DNA of 64,000 nucleotides from contig JAGIQG010000001.1 in assembly GCA_024679065.1 (NCBI GenBank), positions 156,488,001 to 156,552,000 of the forward strand, read 5' to 3'. Shown piece after piece: positions 1 to 12,730 of the stretch. The notes beneath the pieces are model-generated. The model worked only from the letters and a program-made list of their open reading frames with translations. It was not told where the DNA came from and did no database searches. The stretch's first letter is position 1. Each line of letters begins with the position of its first letter. Origin of the DNA: Sphyrna mokarran. Taxonomy: Eukaryota. Position numbers and translations under genes: made by a program.

Positions 1-84
1 AACCCTACAGCTCTTGAATAACTTTGCCCTCTTTTGCATTCCAGATGTTTTTTTCTGCTCTGCCACTGGAAGTCATACCTTGTG

Positions 85-227
85 TTTTATTTATTAGTGT
101 TACAAGTAGGCTTACATTTAGACTGCAATGAAGTTACTGTGAAAATCCACTAGTCGCTCCACTCTGGTGCCAGTTTGTGTACATTGAAGGAGAATTTAGC
201 ATGGCCAATTCACCTAACTAGCTGTCT
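85..227 (-). mobile_element. HE1/V-SINE-like SINE 3' part (tail type B)
   Basis: Reverse complement of ttcacagtaacttcattgcagt..gtaagcctacttgt..aataaa tail shared with the copies at 8335 and 42555. Confidence 0.75.
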
Positions 228-1419
228 TGATTGTAAGTTTTGGGGGTTTCCTCCCTAAGCCTCTTAGCATTTCTACTTCTCCCCCTGCTTTAGTGCTCCT
301 TTTAGACACTTTTTTAAAACATTTCTCTTCAGTCAAACTTTCAGCCATCTACATTAAATCTCCTGCCATGATCCAGTATCAAATTTCTGTCTGTCCATGC
401 TGCTGTGAAGCATGCAAAGACATTTAATATGTTAAAGGTCTTATATAAATGCAAGTTCTTCTTGTGAATGTCATGTAGTTTGAAGCAACAGCTTAACGTA
501 ACATCCGATGCTCAGCCTGATTCTGTAGAGATGCAATGTGAGACTACTTGACAGAATCGTCTGATACCATCTGGATTTTACACCACATGACTTATCAATA
601 AATGCATTGCAAAATTGGATTTAATTGGTGTTCAGGATATCCCTTAATTGACCTGCACATTTTCTGAGCTCATCCAGATATGATCAAATGAGTTGAGCAT
701 GTTAGCATTCTCAGTCTTGCTCTCTAAAAGTTAAGTCTGAGTGCTACAAGCAAAACTCTCTCTCGAGGTACTTAAGAGCATCTGGAAAGTGAAAGTTATG
801 GTGGAGTGAATAGAGGTTTTTAATACTATGAAAATGTTTTGAGAGGATAAGTAATGAAAAATTGTTTGCACCAATTAACAATGAGGGGCGTATACACCAG
901 AAATCATTAAAAGAATGATGGCGAAGCTGCAAAATTTACTCCCAAAGTGTTCAAACATTTTTTTTAACCACAAGTTATAGCAATTAGTGCAAATAATGCT
1001 GATCATTTAAAAGAACAACTCACACCTTTTGATTGAAATTTACCCTAATTATTATGTCTGAGGTGTAATAATAATCAAACAAAGCCATAAGAGATTACTT
1101 CTCTGAAAAATGTTCCAGTGTTGCTGAGAGGCTGGTGTCCAAGTCTATATTCCATTGTGCTTGGCGATGTTGATATGCTCATTCCAGAGAGTGATTTACT
1201 ATAGATTTTATGCCACCAGTCAAGGAATTATAGTATTATGTATCTTCATTTATCTGAACTAAATGTGCTGAACTTCTCCCGACAGTCCACTTGTTTTGTA
1301 CTTTCTGATACATCATTTGGGGGCATGTTGTGGCCCAGTGGTAGCATCCTGACTGTTGAAACAAATGTTTCAACACTTGAGTGCCATTCCACAACTTGAT
1401 GGCCATAGAAAACGCATTC

Positions 1420-3480
1420 CTTTTTAATGAATGTTTTTATTGAGTGTTTTCCATTTCACATTGTACCACAAGATGCCCCAAATCTAGTACGGCACAGAGT
1501 TATTATTGTTTTCCATATGAGTACAGAAAGGGCCAGCAAATAAACATACAAATGATTCAGATTATCAGTCATCGTAATCGTAGACGGCATCTCCTTTTGT
1601 ATGGATAATAAAGGATACCAGAAAGAGTGAGCAATCTTAGGATAACAGGACAAAGATCCTTGAGCACATGACACTATGGTGCATACCTTGATCCACAGGA
1701 TAATAGAGAGAATTACACAATATACAGAATCCCTTATGGGTTAAAATACAATCAATTAGGACCACAGTCAGCACCCCAAGAACTTCAGGCAATGAAAGGA
1801 TGCCCAAAAAAAAGGGGAATATCAAGACATCACCATCAGTACATGGCATGGTGTGGCAGTGTACACTCGCATACAGGAGCCAGTAATCTAAGGTTTCTTA
1901 AGCCACACTAAAACTCACCACTCAATAGACCTCACTCCTATCCAGCCATATCAGAAGTACTGTTTCGGCTTCACCATCACTGGAAAATTAGAACCATTTT
2001 CCACCAAGGAAACCCTACTGACAAGGAGAAAAAAAATTGTCAAGGCACCATTTGGGAGAGATACAATTCTCTTCCTCCAAAACACCAAGGATAACAAATC
2101 AGAACCAGTATCAGAACTTAATTTAACCAGATAAAGAAAGGAAACTCCAGAGAAAGAGGAACACTAGGATTAGCCAATGTACGCCACATGTGGTCTAACA
2201 GTATACACTTTTGTAAAAAGGATACTAGGAACAGAACAGCATAAGTCCATAAAAAAACAGATAAGATACTGCAACTCCTAATTCAACTTCTACAGGGGAT
2301 CCCAAGCCTCAAGAAGGAGAACAGTCTGGAAATCCACTTGGAGGGGGATGATTTTCTCTCCCAGCCCAGCCTAACCCCCAACCAAAGAAAGGTTTTAGCG
2401 ATACTGGATTGGAGCACCCAGATCCACATTCAGGTCTTGCAGCCAATAGAATATTACATATCCAGGTGAACATATTACATATCCAGGAGAATCAAGTCTC
2501 ATGATGGATTGCAGTCCAGAAGCTCCCAGAAGGGGACATCTAGGTGGAGGGTGATCTACTCCCCCACCCAATGTACCCTCTAGCTGGTCCAGATAAACAC
2601 AGTTAGTACTACCCTAATCAACTCACCTAAATTGGAATCAATGACATACTAGAATGAGGACTGACGGGCACATCATTACCACTTGTCTTTCCTTACAGAT
2701 GTTGCCAGACCTGCTGAGATTTTCCAGCATTTTCGTTTTTTGGTTTCAGATTCTAGCATCTACAGTAATTTGCTTCTATCACTATTATACACGGAGCAAA
2801 GCAAACCATCCCTATTTCTAGGCCCTTCAGTGGCATCAATTAAGCTCTGCCATCAATTTTCCCGCATCAATGAAATGTAACAACTGGATGAATGCCTATT
2901 GTACATTCCGTGAGCCAAGTAATCATGTAACCAGTGTCATTGCTTCTGTAGTCAAGATAATATGGAAGACCATCTCAAGGAAAGCTAGACATTCAACAAT
3001 TAGCTGACCATGCCCAGACATGCATCTGTACGTATTTTCTCTACTCCAAAACACCAGAGATATCAATAACAGTAAAAAAAAGCCCCAGTCTTTTCCACGA
3101 TCTGCCTGTACCTTCAGAAGGTGCATTCTTAACATAGCCAGAGAGGCAGATTATCAACCTACAAATGCTTTCAATGCAACTATGGTTGATGGTAAGAGCA
3201 GGAGAATGTCCTGGTCAGCCAGAACCTGCAGAATGCAATGGTAAACCCTTTCAGTACCTTGCCAAGCATAAGCATGGACCAACAAATGGAAGTCCAGGAT
3301 CACCAAAACCTTCTTAGAATATGCTGCCTGAAGAGAGAGAGAGAGAGATGCATTATATTGCATTGTGGCTTCAAGTGTGTTGGGCAAATATGAAGAATCT
3401 GGACACATTACTATATAAAAAAACAAATTAAGGCATTCTTTATTTTTAAGAAATGAGAGCAAGCATGCTCACTGAGGTGA
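1420..3480 (-). mobile_element. Possible very old L1/Tx1-type LINE remnant
   Basis: Minus-strand AATAAA/poly-A-like end at ~1420-1442, A-rich plus-strand skew and fragmentary ORFs; no clean motif recovered. Confidence 0.25.
2690..2780 (+). mobile_element. Penelope-like terminal arm (another at ~5880-5995)
   Basis: acagatgttgccagacctgctgagattttccagcatttt..gtttcagattctagcatc. Confidence 0.65.
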
Positions 3481-5014
3481 AACCGTCTTTAAATCCCAAT
3501 AAATATCCAGCAGTGAAAGTGTACAGGGTATCTTAATTCTAAGAATTCAAGCGTAAACAAATGGAAAAGAGACAACAGATAAAGATATTAAGAGAAAAAG
3601 GGAAACATATTATCCGATCACAACTTAGCAACTCACCGGCTTTATGGCATTTAAAATGAGGATAAAAAGTTTAGCTTTGGATAAAGACATTTCTAAAACA
3701 CTTTTTTTTACCAGACACTGTATTTATTTCCTTTTTATACTGATACATGTGGGTCACCTAGTTATTATAGCTACTACGATTATTCTTTCAGTGAAACATT
3801 TGTTATTACACCTGGAGACTTGGCTTGAGGGCAAATGGGAGACCCGTACATGAACTGATTTACAATCTGTACTCAATTTCTTAGTCTAAGATGCCACTAG
3901 AGACAAATATAACTGACGTACCTCCGTAAATAGGTGTATGGAAACACGGATTCTGACTTGAGCAAGGGTGAGGAGGTGGTGACCAAGGATGGAGGGAGAA
4001 GCATTGTGCAGACCTGGTGTGTGAAACAAGTTTATACGTGGCCATTCTGTAGTCAGTAGCCTTTTGGTTAGATTGCACTCCAGTGCAGTTTTCATTCCAC
4101 CAATACTTCCCCTGTGAAGCATTTGCTTTGTGGCCACAATACAGTCAATATAAATCAAACGCAATTAATAGATTTTTGCTTTCTGATGACCAGCTCATGA
4201 GATCTTGAGTAATTGAATACAACTTCGTTATTTCTATCCCAAAAATGCCAACTGTACTCCATTCACTTTATCTTGAGCTTTTTTTTATATCATAATGATA
4301 AATATCTGAGATTAAACCAGGCAAGTTCCTAAGTAGTGACAGATCAGTCTGAGTTCCTTACCCTGGTGTTGGTCTCCTCCTCCTTGTTTATTTGCATTGT
4401 ACGTTGGGGACACTACAAAGCCATCGAGCCTGATTTTAAAAAATAGATTTTATACCAAGCAATAAGTCCTCAAGTTACACTGCTGGATATCCAGCTTGGT
4501 AGTATAATTAATCTGAATTTATTTGGACCACTGCACGATTGAGATAAATCTTTTCTGGGAGGCCCAAAAAGATTAATCTCAATCATACAGTGGCCCAAAT
4601 GAACACAGTACATCTCCCCCTGCTTCGAAAACATAAAGTCGCCATAGTTCCAGATGACCATAGCCTGCTCTCCCCTTTGAGTTGACTGGTGGTACTTTTA
4701 ATCACAGTTAACGAAACAATATCATTTTCTGTTGAACTTTTTTTTAAGTTGGAGTTGAAATTTGACCACAGTTCTTGGATGTGAATCAATGCAGAGAAAT
4801 GCTTGTTGTTGTCTTGATTTAGATATTTACAATTGTTCTTAATAGTGTTTCATCCTCATTTATTTGTCTGGGTACATTTTGGGCAACTCCCACTTTTAAA
4901 TCTGTACTTGGTTTTTATATTTCGGGGAAGGGGGGGCGGGGGTGCATGCAAAATACTGAACTGTCTCTGAAACCCAACCCACTATAGTCATGTGAGAACT
5001 GAGCTGTTCAAGCC

Positions 5015-5360
5015 CCTTTTTTATTCATTCATGGGATGGATGTTGCCCATCCCTACTTGCTCTTAGAGGGCAATTGAGATTCAACCATGTTGCTGTGGCT
5101 TCTAAATCACATGTAGGCCAGACCAGGTAAGGATGGCAGATTTTCTTCCCTAAAGGCCATTAGTGAACCAGATGGGTTTTTCCTCACAATCGGCAATAGT
5201 TTCATAGTTATCAATAGATTCTTAATTCCAGATATTGTTTTACTGAATTCAAACTCCACCATCTGCTATGACAGGATTTGAACACAGGTCGCCAGGACAT
5301 TAGCTGAATTTCTGGATAAATTGTCTAGTGATAATACTACTCGGCCATCATCTCCCCACT
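5015..5360 (-). mobile_element. Second tRNA-headed SINE family (ccatctggttcact..ccacagcaatgtggttga..aataaa type)
   Basis: Reverse-complement match to the + copies at 51033 and 54590. Confidence 0.75.
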
Positions 5361-7259
5361 TGCTCCACTGATTAATTGAATTTCTTTTTGACATTGTTTA
5401 TGGTGGTATAGGTAATTGTATTTTCCACTCCCCATTGATTCAGTTCTTTTTCAAACACACAAAACAGTGGGATGCCTGACCCTGTGGAGCACTTTGTGCT
5501 TCAATACATTTCGGTATTTACACAGTTAAATCAAACAGCATGTTAGATGTTGGAAGTTGGAAATCAAGTGAGGCTAGTTGCAAAATAGTGAGGCACAAAG
5601 AGATTTTGACTTTGACTCACTCGGGAGCGATGAAAAGCATTTGACTGAGGCAATTCTAAATACTCAGGCGGTTTGAGATGGGTTTTTTTGACAATTGACA
5701 ATGATTACATGATCATCAACAGTTTCTTAATTCCAGATATTTTCAGAGTAATGTAAATTTTCAACTCCTCTAGACCCATCATTTGTTTCTTTCTTTATTC
5801 TATCCCTTTGTACCTTGTTACTGCCTACAATTCTTTCACAGGTGTTCTTTTTTTGTCTCTGCACTTGTTTAAAACCTCAAGTCGTGGTAAAAAGCCATCG
5901 AGCTGAAAGATTCTGCCACAGATGCTGCTTGGCTCGCTGAGTATTTCCAGCATCTTCTATTATCGTTGAGATTTCCAGCATCTATAGCATTTTCTTATTG
6001 CATTTGTCCTTGAGCACCTTTTGCCGAGATCAACACACTTCCGCAGAATTTAACAGTGCAGAACTTTGAGAGTTTACAGCTTGATCCCACAGTAGGAGGA
6101 GTGCAAGGATATCAGAGAGATGTAGTGACTGAATGAGGTTACAGAGACAAGAAGGGGCAAAGACATGGAGGGATGTGAAGACAAAGGTGAAAACAATTAC
6201 ATTTGAGTTGTTGCCTGAACAACTGGTTGGTCAATTGTGAAGGAGCTGCAATTAGTCTCAGCATTAAAAGAGTAAAATCAACCTGAATCCCCACTCCTGA
6301 AATTAATTCACCAAGTACTGGCTTCTGACTTGTATAATTGTGTAGCCATCAGATGAAAAGCTGACGGAGCCAAGCTTTATGCCACATAACCCACCAGACT
6401 GGCTATACTCTTGCTTAAGCAACACATAATGGAATTATAAACATTCACAAAGCAACGCCTATGCCTTCTGCCAGAATAAAATGACAAAAGAAATAATTTT
6501 CATTTACATAACACTTTCATGACCTCGTAATGGCTCAAATTGCTTTATAGCTAATTAAATACTTTTAAGGCATAGTCAGAACTATAATGTCAGAAACACA
6601 GCCTCCAATCTGTACAGTAATGTCCTGCAAATATAAATGCAATAATGTTCCAGGTTTTGTAGTCAGTTGTAAAACATTTACACTCAGTTTGACCTTGGAA
6701 GAAGGCTGCCCACTAATCTTTGTCCATCTCTATGGCATGAACTTCCCCCTTCCCAGTTCAAGGGGAACTCCAGACACCGAGCTGCATTGACATAAATAAG
6801 GAGGGTAAGCAGCTAATCACACTGAAGCAATCTCACAAATAGCAAAACAGGAAGTTAAATGCCTTCAAATTAATTTACATTTTCAACAGCAAAGTAAATT
6901 ATTATGGTTATGGATTAAAATGGAAACTCAACATTATAAATAAAATACCAAAATATTTATTTTAAAATTGGTATAATTTTTTTATTATAATGTGACATTT
7001 CACAAATCAAAAATTAGCTTTTCAGAACATGTAAAAAAAGTGTTTAACAATAAGTATGAAGTTAGTATGTTGTTTAAATGCAAGTTACACCTGCACTTTT
7101 CAGATTTTACAGTGAGATTAACAATATAAATGTGGATGTCTTCATCAATTCTTGATTGTTCAGTGATTGCAGTCTAGGGACTTTCTGGAGGAGCATAAAG
7201 TTACACACAACCTTGACTAAATATGTGTTATTCTATGCATTCACACACTCTGAAACTTG

Positions 7260-7625
7260 TTTTTTTTTCCTCATTTGTGGGACATGGGCATCGCTGGCTG
7301 GTCAACATTTATTGCTCATCCCTTGATGCTTGTGGAGGGCAGTTGAGAATCAACTACATTTCTGTGGCTCCGGAATCACATGTAGGCTGGACCAGATGAG
7401 GATGGTCGATTTACTTCCTTAAAAGACATTACTGAACCAGGTTTTGTTTTGACAATCAACAATAGTTTCATGGTCATCAGTAGATTCTTAATTCCAGATT
7501 TGTTTCCTTATTGAATTCAAATTCCACTATCTGCTGTAACAGGTTTTGAACCTGGGTCCCCAGAACATTTACTGAGTTTCTGGATTAATAATCCAGCGAT
7601 AATATCACTAGGCCATTACCTTCCC
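7260..7625 (-). mobile_element. Second tRNA-headed SINE family copy
   Basis: Collinear with 5015-5360 (tcacatgtaggc..agattcttaattccagat..gaattcaaa). Confidence 0.75.
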
Positions 7626-7944
7626 TGTAATTTGCATTGAAGTGTGATGGCAAAAACTGAAACTTTGACTGCTATTCTGACCAGATAATCTGGATTCATC
7701 TGTTTTAATGATTTTAATTGAGGGATAACTATTGGTAAACCACTGGAAAGAAATTCCTTCTCTTTTTGGTACAGATGTCATGAGATTATTTACATCCACC
7801 TGAGATACCATGCAGGGCCTCAGTTTCATATTTCAACATAAACCTGACACGTCATCCACCAACAGCCCAGTACTCCTTCTACATTTCACTAGAAGCATCA
7901 ACCTTGTGTGTTTAATGCCCAGCAGGAGTTGTCTCCCATTTAAG

Positions 7945-8170
7945 AGAGAGATGTGGATAAATAAATCTTTGGAGTTTGCAATCTCAGAGAACCATGGCAG
8001 CTGGATCAATTTATATTTTCAAGGCTGAGTTATATTCTGACATACAAAAGAATCATAGGGTTATGGGGGCCAAGCAAGAATACTAAGTTAAAGCTACAAT
8101 GAGAACAACTATAACCTCACTGAATGGCAAAGCACAGCTGAGCTTCCAACTCCTCCTAATTCTTATTTTG
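7945..8170 (+). mobile_element. Decayed CR1 3' tail
   Basis: ttttcaaggctgagtt..gggttatgggg..tgaatggcaaagcacagct..ctcctaattcttat. Confidence 0.5.
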
Positions 8171-8334
8171 TGATAAATTCTGAATCTACAGACTCTTGGC
8201 AGAGGTGAGAGTGCTATCACAGAGCAACAAACCACCGTCTCAAATCTTCAGAGGCTGCTGAGGGAAAGGAAGGAGGATAAAATAATGAGTGAACAGTGTG
8301 CTTTAATGAAATATATGCTCATTCCGATCCCAAT

Positions 8335-8635
8335 CACAGTGACAAAGTGATTAGCACTGCTACCTCACAGTGCCAGGGACCCAGGTTCAATTCCCGGCTT
8401 AGGTCACTGTCTGTGCACAGTCTGTTCATTTTGCCCATGTCCGTATAGCTTTCATCCAGGTACTCCGGTTTCCTCCCACAGTCTGAAAGATGTGCTATCA
8501 GATGCATTAGCCATGCTAAGTTTTCCTACCATGTATCTGAATAGAAACTGGAGTGTCTCAACTAGGGGACTTCAACAGTAGCTTCATTGCCATGTTAATG
8601 TAAGCCTACTTGTGACACAAATAAATAAACTTTAA
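8335..8635 (+). mobile_element. tRNA-derived HE1/V-SINE-like SINE, full length, tail type B
   Basis: A/B-box-like head (agtgattagcactgctacctcacagtgccagggacccaggttcaattccc), core ggtttcctcccacagtc, tail gtaagcctacttgtgacacaaataaataaac. Confidence 0.85.
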
Positions 8636-8739
8636 ACAATCAAGGAATGCTTAGTAAAATAGCAATGACTTTTCATCAGGTCTAATGTTATCGGAAGTTG
8701 ATGATTTCAGTAATGTTTTGATTTCTTTATGGTTGAATG

Positions 8740-9240
8740 GAGGCTCTGGGTGAAAGTGGACCTGGCATTTTGGGTGATAGTAAACACTGGGGTTAAAGGT
8801 GAAAGTAGACACTGGAGATTCTGAATAAAAGTTTATTCTGGTTGATAGTGATACTGGGGTTGAAGATAAAAGTAGGGTTCTGGGTGAAAGTAGACATTGG
8901 GAGTTCTAGGTAAAAGTAGACACTGGGCTTTTGGGTGAAAGTAGAAGTTGGGGGTTCTGAGCGAAAGTAGACATTGGGGTTATAGATGGAAGTAGACATT
9001 GGGAGTTCTAGATAAAAGTAGATACTGAGGATTCTGGGCAAAGTGGACGTTGAGAGTTCTGGACGAAAGTAGACATTGGGAGTTCTGGGCGAAATTAAAC
9101 ATTGGGGTTATAGGTGAAAGTAGACATTGGGAGTTTGGGGTAAAAGTAGGCACTAGGCTTCTAAGTGAAAGTAGGTACTTGGGTTCTGGGCGAAAGTAAA
9201 CACTGGATTTTGGGTGAATAGGAACGGATGGTTTTGAGCT
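8740..9240 (+). repeat. Minisatellite, ~25-26-bp unit (TTCTGGGTGAAAGTAGACATTGGGAG-like), about 19-20 degenerate copies
   Basis: Tandem AAAGTAGACA(C/T)TGGG cores with no unique spacers. Confidence 0.85.
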
Positions 9241-10479
9241 GGCGTACAAAATAAGTGGCAACCTTGAACTTGCTGCTTCCCAGGTTAATGTGGGGGAAGG
9301 GGGAAGGGGCAAAACGAACCTTCGCAAGTCAAAGTACGGCACGAGGTGAAAACGGCTAGCTGAAGAAATTGGTCAAACCTCTCGCTAGACCCAGTGGCCA
9401 GTAAATTGTAAAGTCACCACTCCTGTAAATCATTCTGCAGTTAAGTGCTGACATTCAACCCCAAGCGGTTAGCAGCGTTGTAACAGCTTTTAGTGAAAGA
9501 GCCGTTTTGCTGATGAAGTGTGCAATTAAAAAAAGTAATAATAATAATAGTGAATCAATGAAGAAAAGGAGGCTTCACCATCAACCTACCTTTTACTGGA
9601 GCCCGTACAGTAGTGCCATTAGTGTTTGATTGCGGTTCTATAAAGGTGTATTGCTGTGTTTAAGGCGCCAGATAAATGCATGCTGTTGTTGTAATGATAT
9701 ATAACCTACAGGATAAACCACCGGGTAAAGGATGGGAGTGTTTCAAGAAGAGGGGAGTGTTTCAAGAAGAGATTCTCTGGCAGACCCCTTACTAGAAAAT
9801 AGTTGAGGTGCTAAACAAGGGCGAATTTGCTGCTGAGATTTTGACCTTGGCAGGTCCCTTTGGCTAATGAATTTAAACCGCACGTTACATTTCCAAATGA
9901 TGAATGGTGTGCTTGTTTACTGTTATTCCCATTATAGTCGGTGGGCAGCATCCCAGGTGGATTGTCAATGGCTGTTAAGGGGTGTGCGATACGAGTGTGG
10001 AATATTCTCTAGCTGGTCCATACACTTACAGCGAGCTATGCATCAATGCACCTTACCAGCACCGACCGCTTAGCCAAGCTGTTTGTCTTGCTCTGCAGGA
10101 CAAGTCAACCAATTTTCTACCATTGCAATTAAAATAGTTCCTGGCCAGTTTTATAATCCCTTCACCCCCCATTGAGTTTAAATGTGTCCCCTATTAAACA
10201 TACCAAGATTTTAACCACCGTTCTCCACTGTTTTGATCAAATGTACACATGAGAATTTTCAGCCTTCAATTTCAAGTTGCTATCACAAGTAGGCTTACAC
10301 TAACACTGCAGTGAAGTTACTGTGAAAATCCCCTGTAAGGATCAATTGGAGCCTCACCTAATAGCATTAGGCGGGGTACAGCAGTATTGGCAGTTTTGCC
10401 ATTCTGCTTTCAAGGAAGCTGTGTTAACAGGAGAAGGTCTGGAATTGGGAATAGCGATTCCCAAGAGCGTTGTTGGGTA

Positions 10480-10935
10480 CACCGCCTCCCGCCCTCCATT
10501 AATCCTCCATGGCATTTCATTCATTTCCTCATCGATTTTCACAGGTCTCCCATCCAACAAAGCAGTCCCTTCAAATTGCTTGTCCTCCTCCATAAATTCC
10601 CTTGTCCCACCCCTATCTCTGAATATTTTCTGAAGGATGCCTATCTTTCTTGCTTCATTCCATTCGTCTGTGCAACCTCCTCTCACCCATTCGCCCCGAA
10701 CACCCGTGTTACAGCCTTCAGCTAACTAGAACTCTTTTCTTGTGTCTTTTTGCAACGCCCTTTCTCAATCTTTCATTTCTCTTTCTTTCCCACAATCGTT
10801 AAAATCTATCTCCCGAATCCAGTTTTGATTACCGTTTACCAAACAGCCCGTCATTTTTTTTCACGCCCTAACTTCCGGGGCACATTGCGCTGCGCATTTC
10901 ATCATCAGTGCCAAATTAATGCAAGGTGTTGTTAT
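10480..10935 (+). mobile_element. Decayed L2 LINE 3' fragment
   Basis: ORF 10387 segment FLIDFHRSPIQQSSPFKLLVLLHK resembles the L2 RT end (LxDLHWLPVxQRxxFKxLxLxxK); tail ..aatgcaaggtgttgtt. Confidence 0.55.
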
Positions 10936-10939
10936 CGCT

Positions 10940-11227
10940 GTTTATTTATTAGTGTCATAAGTCGGCTTACATTAACACTGCAATGAAGTTACTGTGAAAA
11001 TCTCCGAGTTGCCACATTTCGACATCTGTTCTGGTACACCGAGCGAGAACTTAGCGTGGCCAATGCATCCAACCAGCACGACTTTCAGACTGTGGGAGGA
11101 AACTGGAGCACCCAATGGAAACCCACGCAGACACGGGCAGACTCCATGCAGGCAGTGATCCAAACCATGAGTCGAACCTTTATCCATGGTGCTGTGAGAT
11201 AGCAATGCTAACCACTGTGCCACCCAA
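10940..11227 (-). mobile_element. HE1/V-SINE-like SINE, full length, tail type B
   Basis: Reverse complement of the same head, core and tail. Confidence 0.85.
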
Positions 11228-11350
11228 GCGCCTGTAACCAGAAGGTGCACACAAACCTCACTTCCCAACAGCTCTTGCTGGTGGTACCTGAATATCAAGG
11301 ATCACCCAGAGGTGAATGCTTCATGTAACCATTCAACTCTCCGCTGGATA

Positions 11351-11588
11351 GTGTCACAACTCTCCATCAACTTATCTTCATTTCATAGAGAGAGAGAGAG
11401 AGAGAAATGACAAACAATTACAGAGAGAGAAAGAGACAGAGAGAGCAATAACAAAGAATTATAGAGAAGAGAGAGAGCAACAACAAAGAATTACAGAGAG
11501 AGGGAGAGAGAGGGAGACAGCGGGAGCAACAGCAAAGAATTTCAGAGAGTGTCACAACTCTCCATAGACTCACCTTCATTCCATAGAT
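11351..11588 (+). repeat. GA-rich compound repeat (GAGAGCAACAACAAAGAATTACAGAG units) flanked by a ~38-bp imperfect direct repeat
   Basis: gtgtcacaactctccat..cttcatt.catag occurs at ~11351 and ~11549. Confidence 0.75.
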
Positions 11589-12171
11589 CTCTGACCAGAC
11601 ATCAACAATGTCGCTATTCTGAAAGAGGACAATGTAAGGATTAGCAAATGGGGTACTCTTGGCCTGGGGTGATGTTAGGGTGGAACGAAGGTGAAGATCA
11701 GTACTAACCGTCAGAGTCTTGTATTTCAGATTTGGGTCAGAGTAAAACGCAAAGATCAGTAAGCAACCTGGTCAGGGTTAGTGATTGTAGTGAGCTTTAT
11801 GTATTGGGTTATCAGAAATCTGAAGCTTACATCTTAAAGTTGGAAGAATCAAGAGTTTGCCTAAAGTTACTCCGTCTTTCTCCATGACCCTTTCATCGAT
11901 GGAGAAGATGTAGAAATTCCTGGGATGGGGGTATATGTCTGGACCTCCGCTCCTGCCTTACATCCTGCCAGTGGTGCTGGTGCCATCACGGGCTTCCTCC
12001 TAAAGCTATGCCTTTAATACAGAGTGCAGGAGGCCAAGTCTAAGTGGTACTGAATTGGTGTTATCCCTCACAAAGTGTCAAACTTAAGTGATTGCAGGTT
12101 CTTCCTGGAAGAGAGGTTGTATTGTGAAGTGAAATGGGGGGAGGGGGTTTGGTGGAAAAGAGGAAAACAAA

Positions 12172-12730
12172 CTTAGAAACAGAAGATATAAGCAGCCGTG
12201 GGCTGATTGGCCCTTCGAGCCTGCCCCACCATTCACTTCAATCATGGCTCATCATTAAATTCAATATCCTGTTCCCATCTTCCATCCATATCCCTTGATC
12301 CTTTTATTCCCCAAGAGGTATTTCTAGCTTCTTCTTGAAATCACACATTGTTTTGGCCTCAACTACTTCCCGTGATAGTGAATTTCACAGATTCACCACT
12401 CTCCTCACCTTAGTCCTAACATCTCTTTCCCTTACCCTCAAACTATGACTCCTAGTTTTGGACTCGTCCACCATTGGAAATATTCTTTCAGAATCTACCC
12501 TGTCAAATCCTGTTCGAATTTTACAAGTTTCTATGAGATCCCCTCTCACTCTTCTGACCTCCAATGAATGTAATCCTAATTGATTTATAATAGACTTGTC
12601 ATTCCAGGAATCAGCTTAGTAAACCTTTGCTGCACTCCCGCTATAAAAGAATATTGTTCCTCAGATAGAGACACCAAAACTGCACACTGGTATGGTTTCA
12701 CCAATTCTCTATATACAGTTGCAGTATTGG
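12172..12730 (-). mobile_element. CR1 LINE 3' fragment
   Basis: ORF 12585 reads ..GVQQRFTKLIPGM; CR1-type tail ttagaaacagaagatataagcag..ggcccttcgagcctg. Confidence 0.8.

Noticed and set aside
8740-9342. CRISPR-like array or ORFs 8793-9041 and 8980-9342
   Set aside because: The units are contiguous and degenerate with no unique spacers or cas genes, in a vertebrate context. The ORFs are repeat translations.
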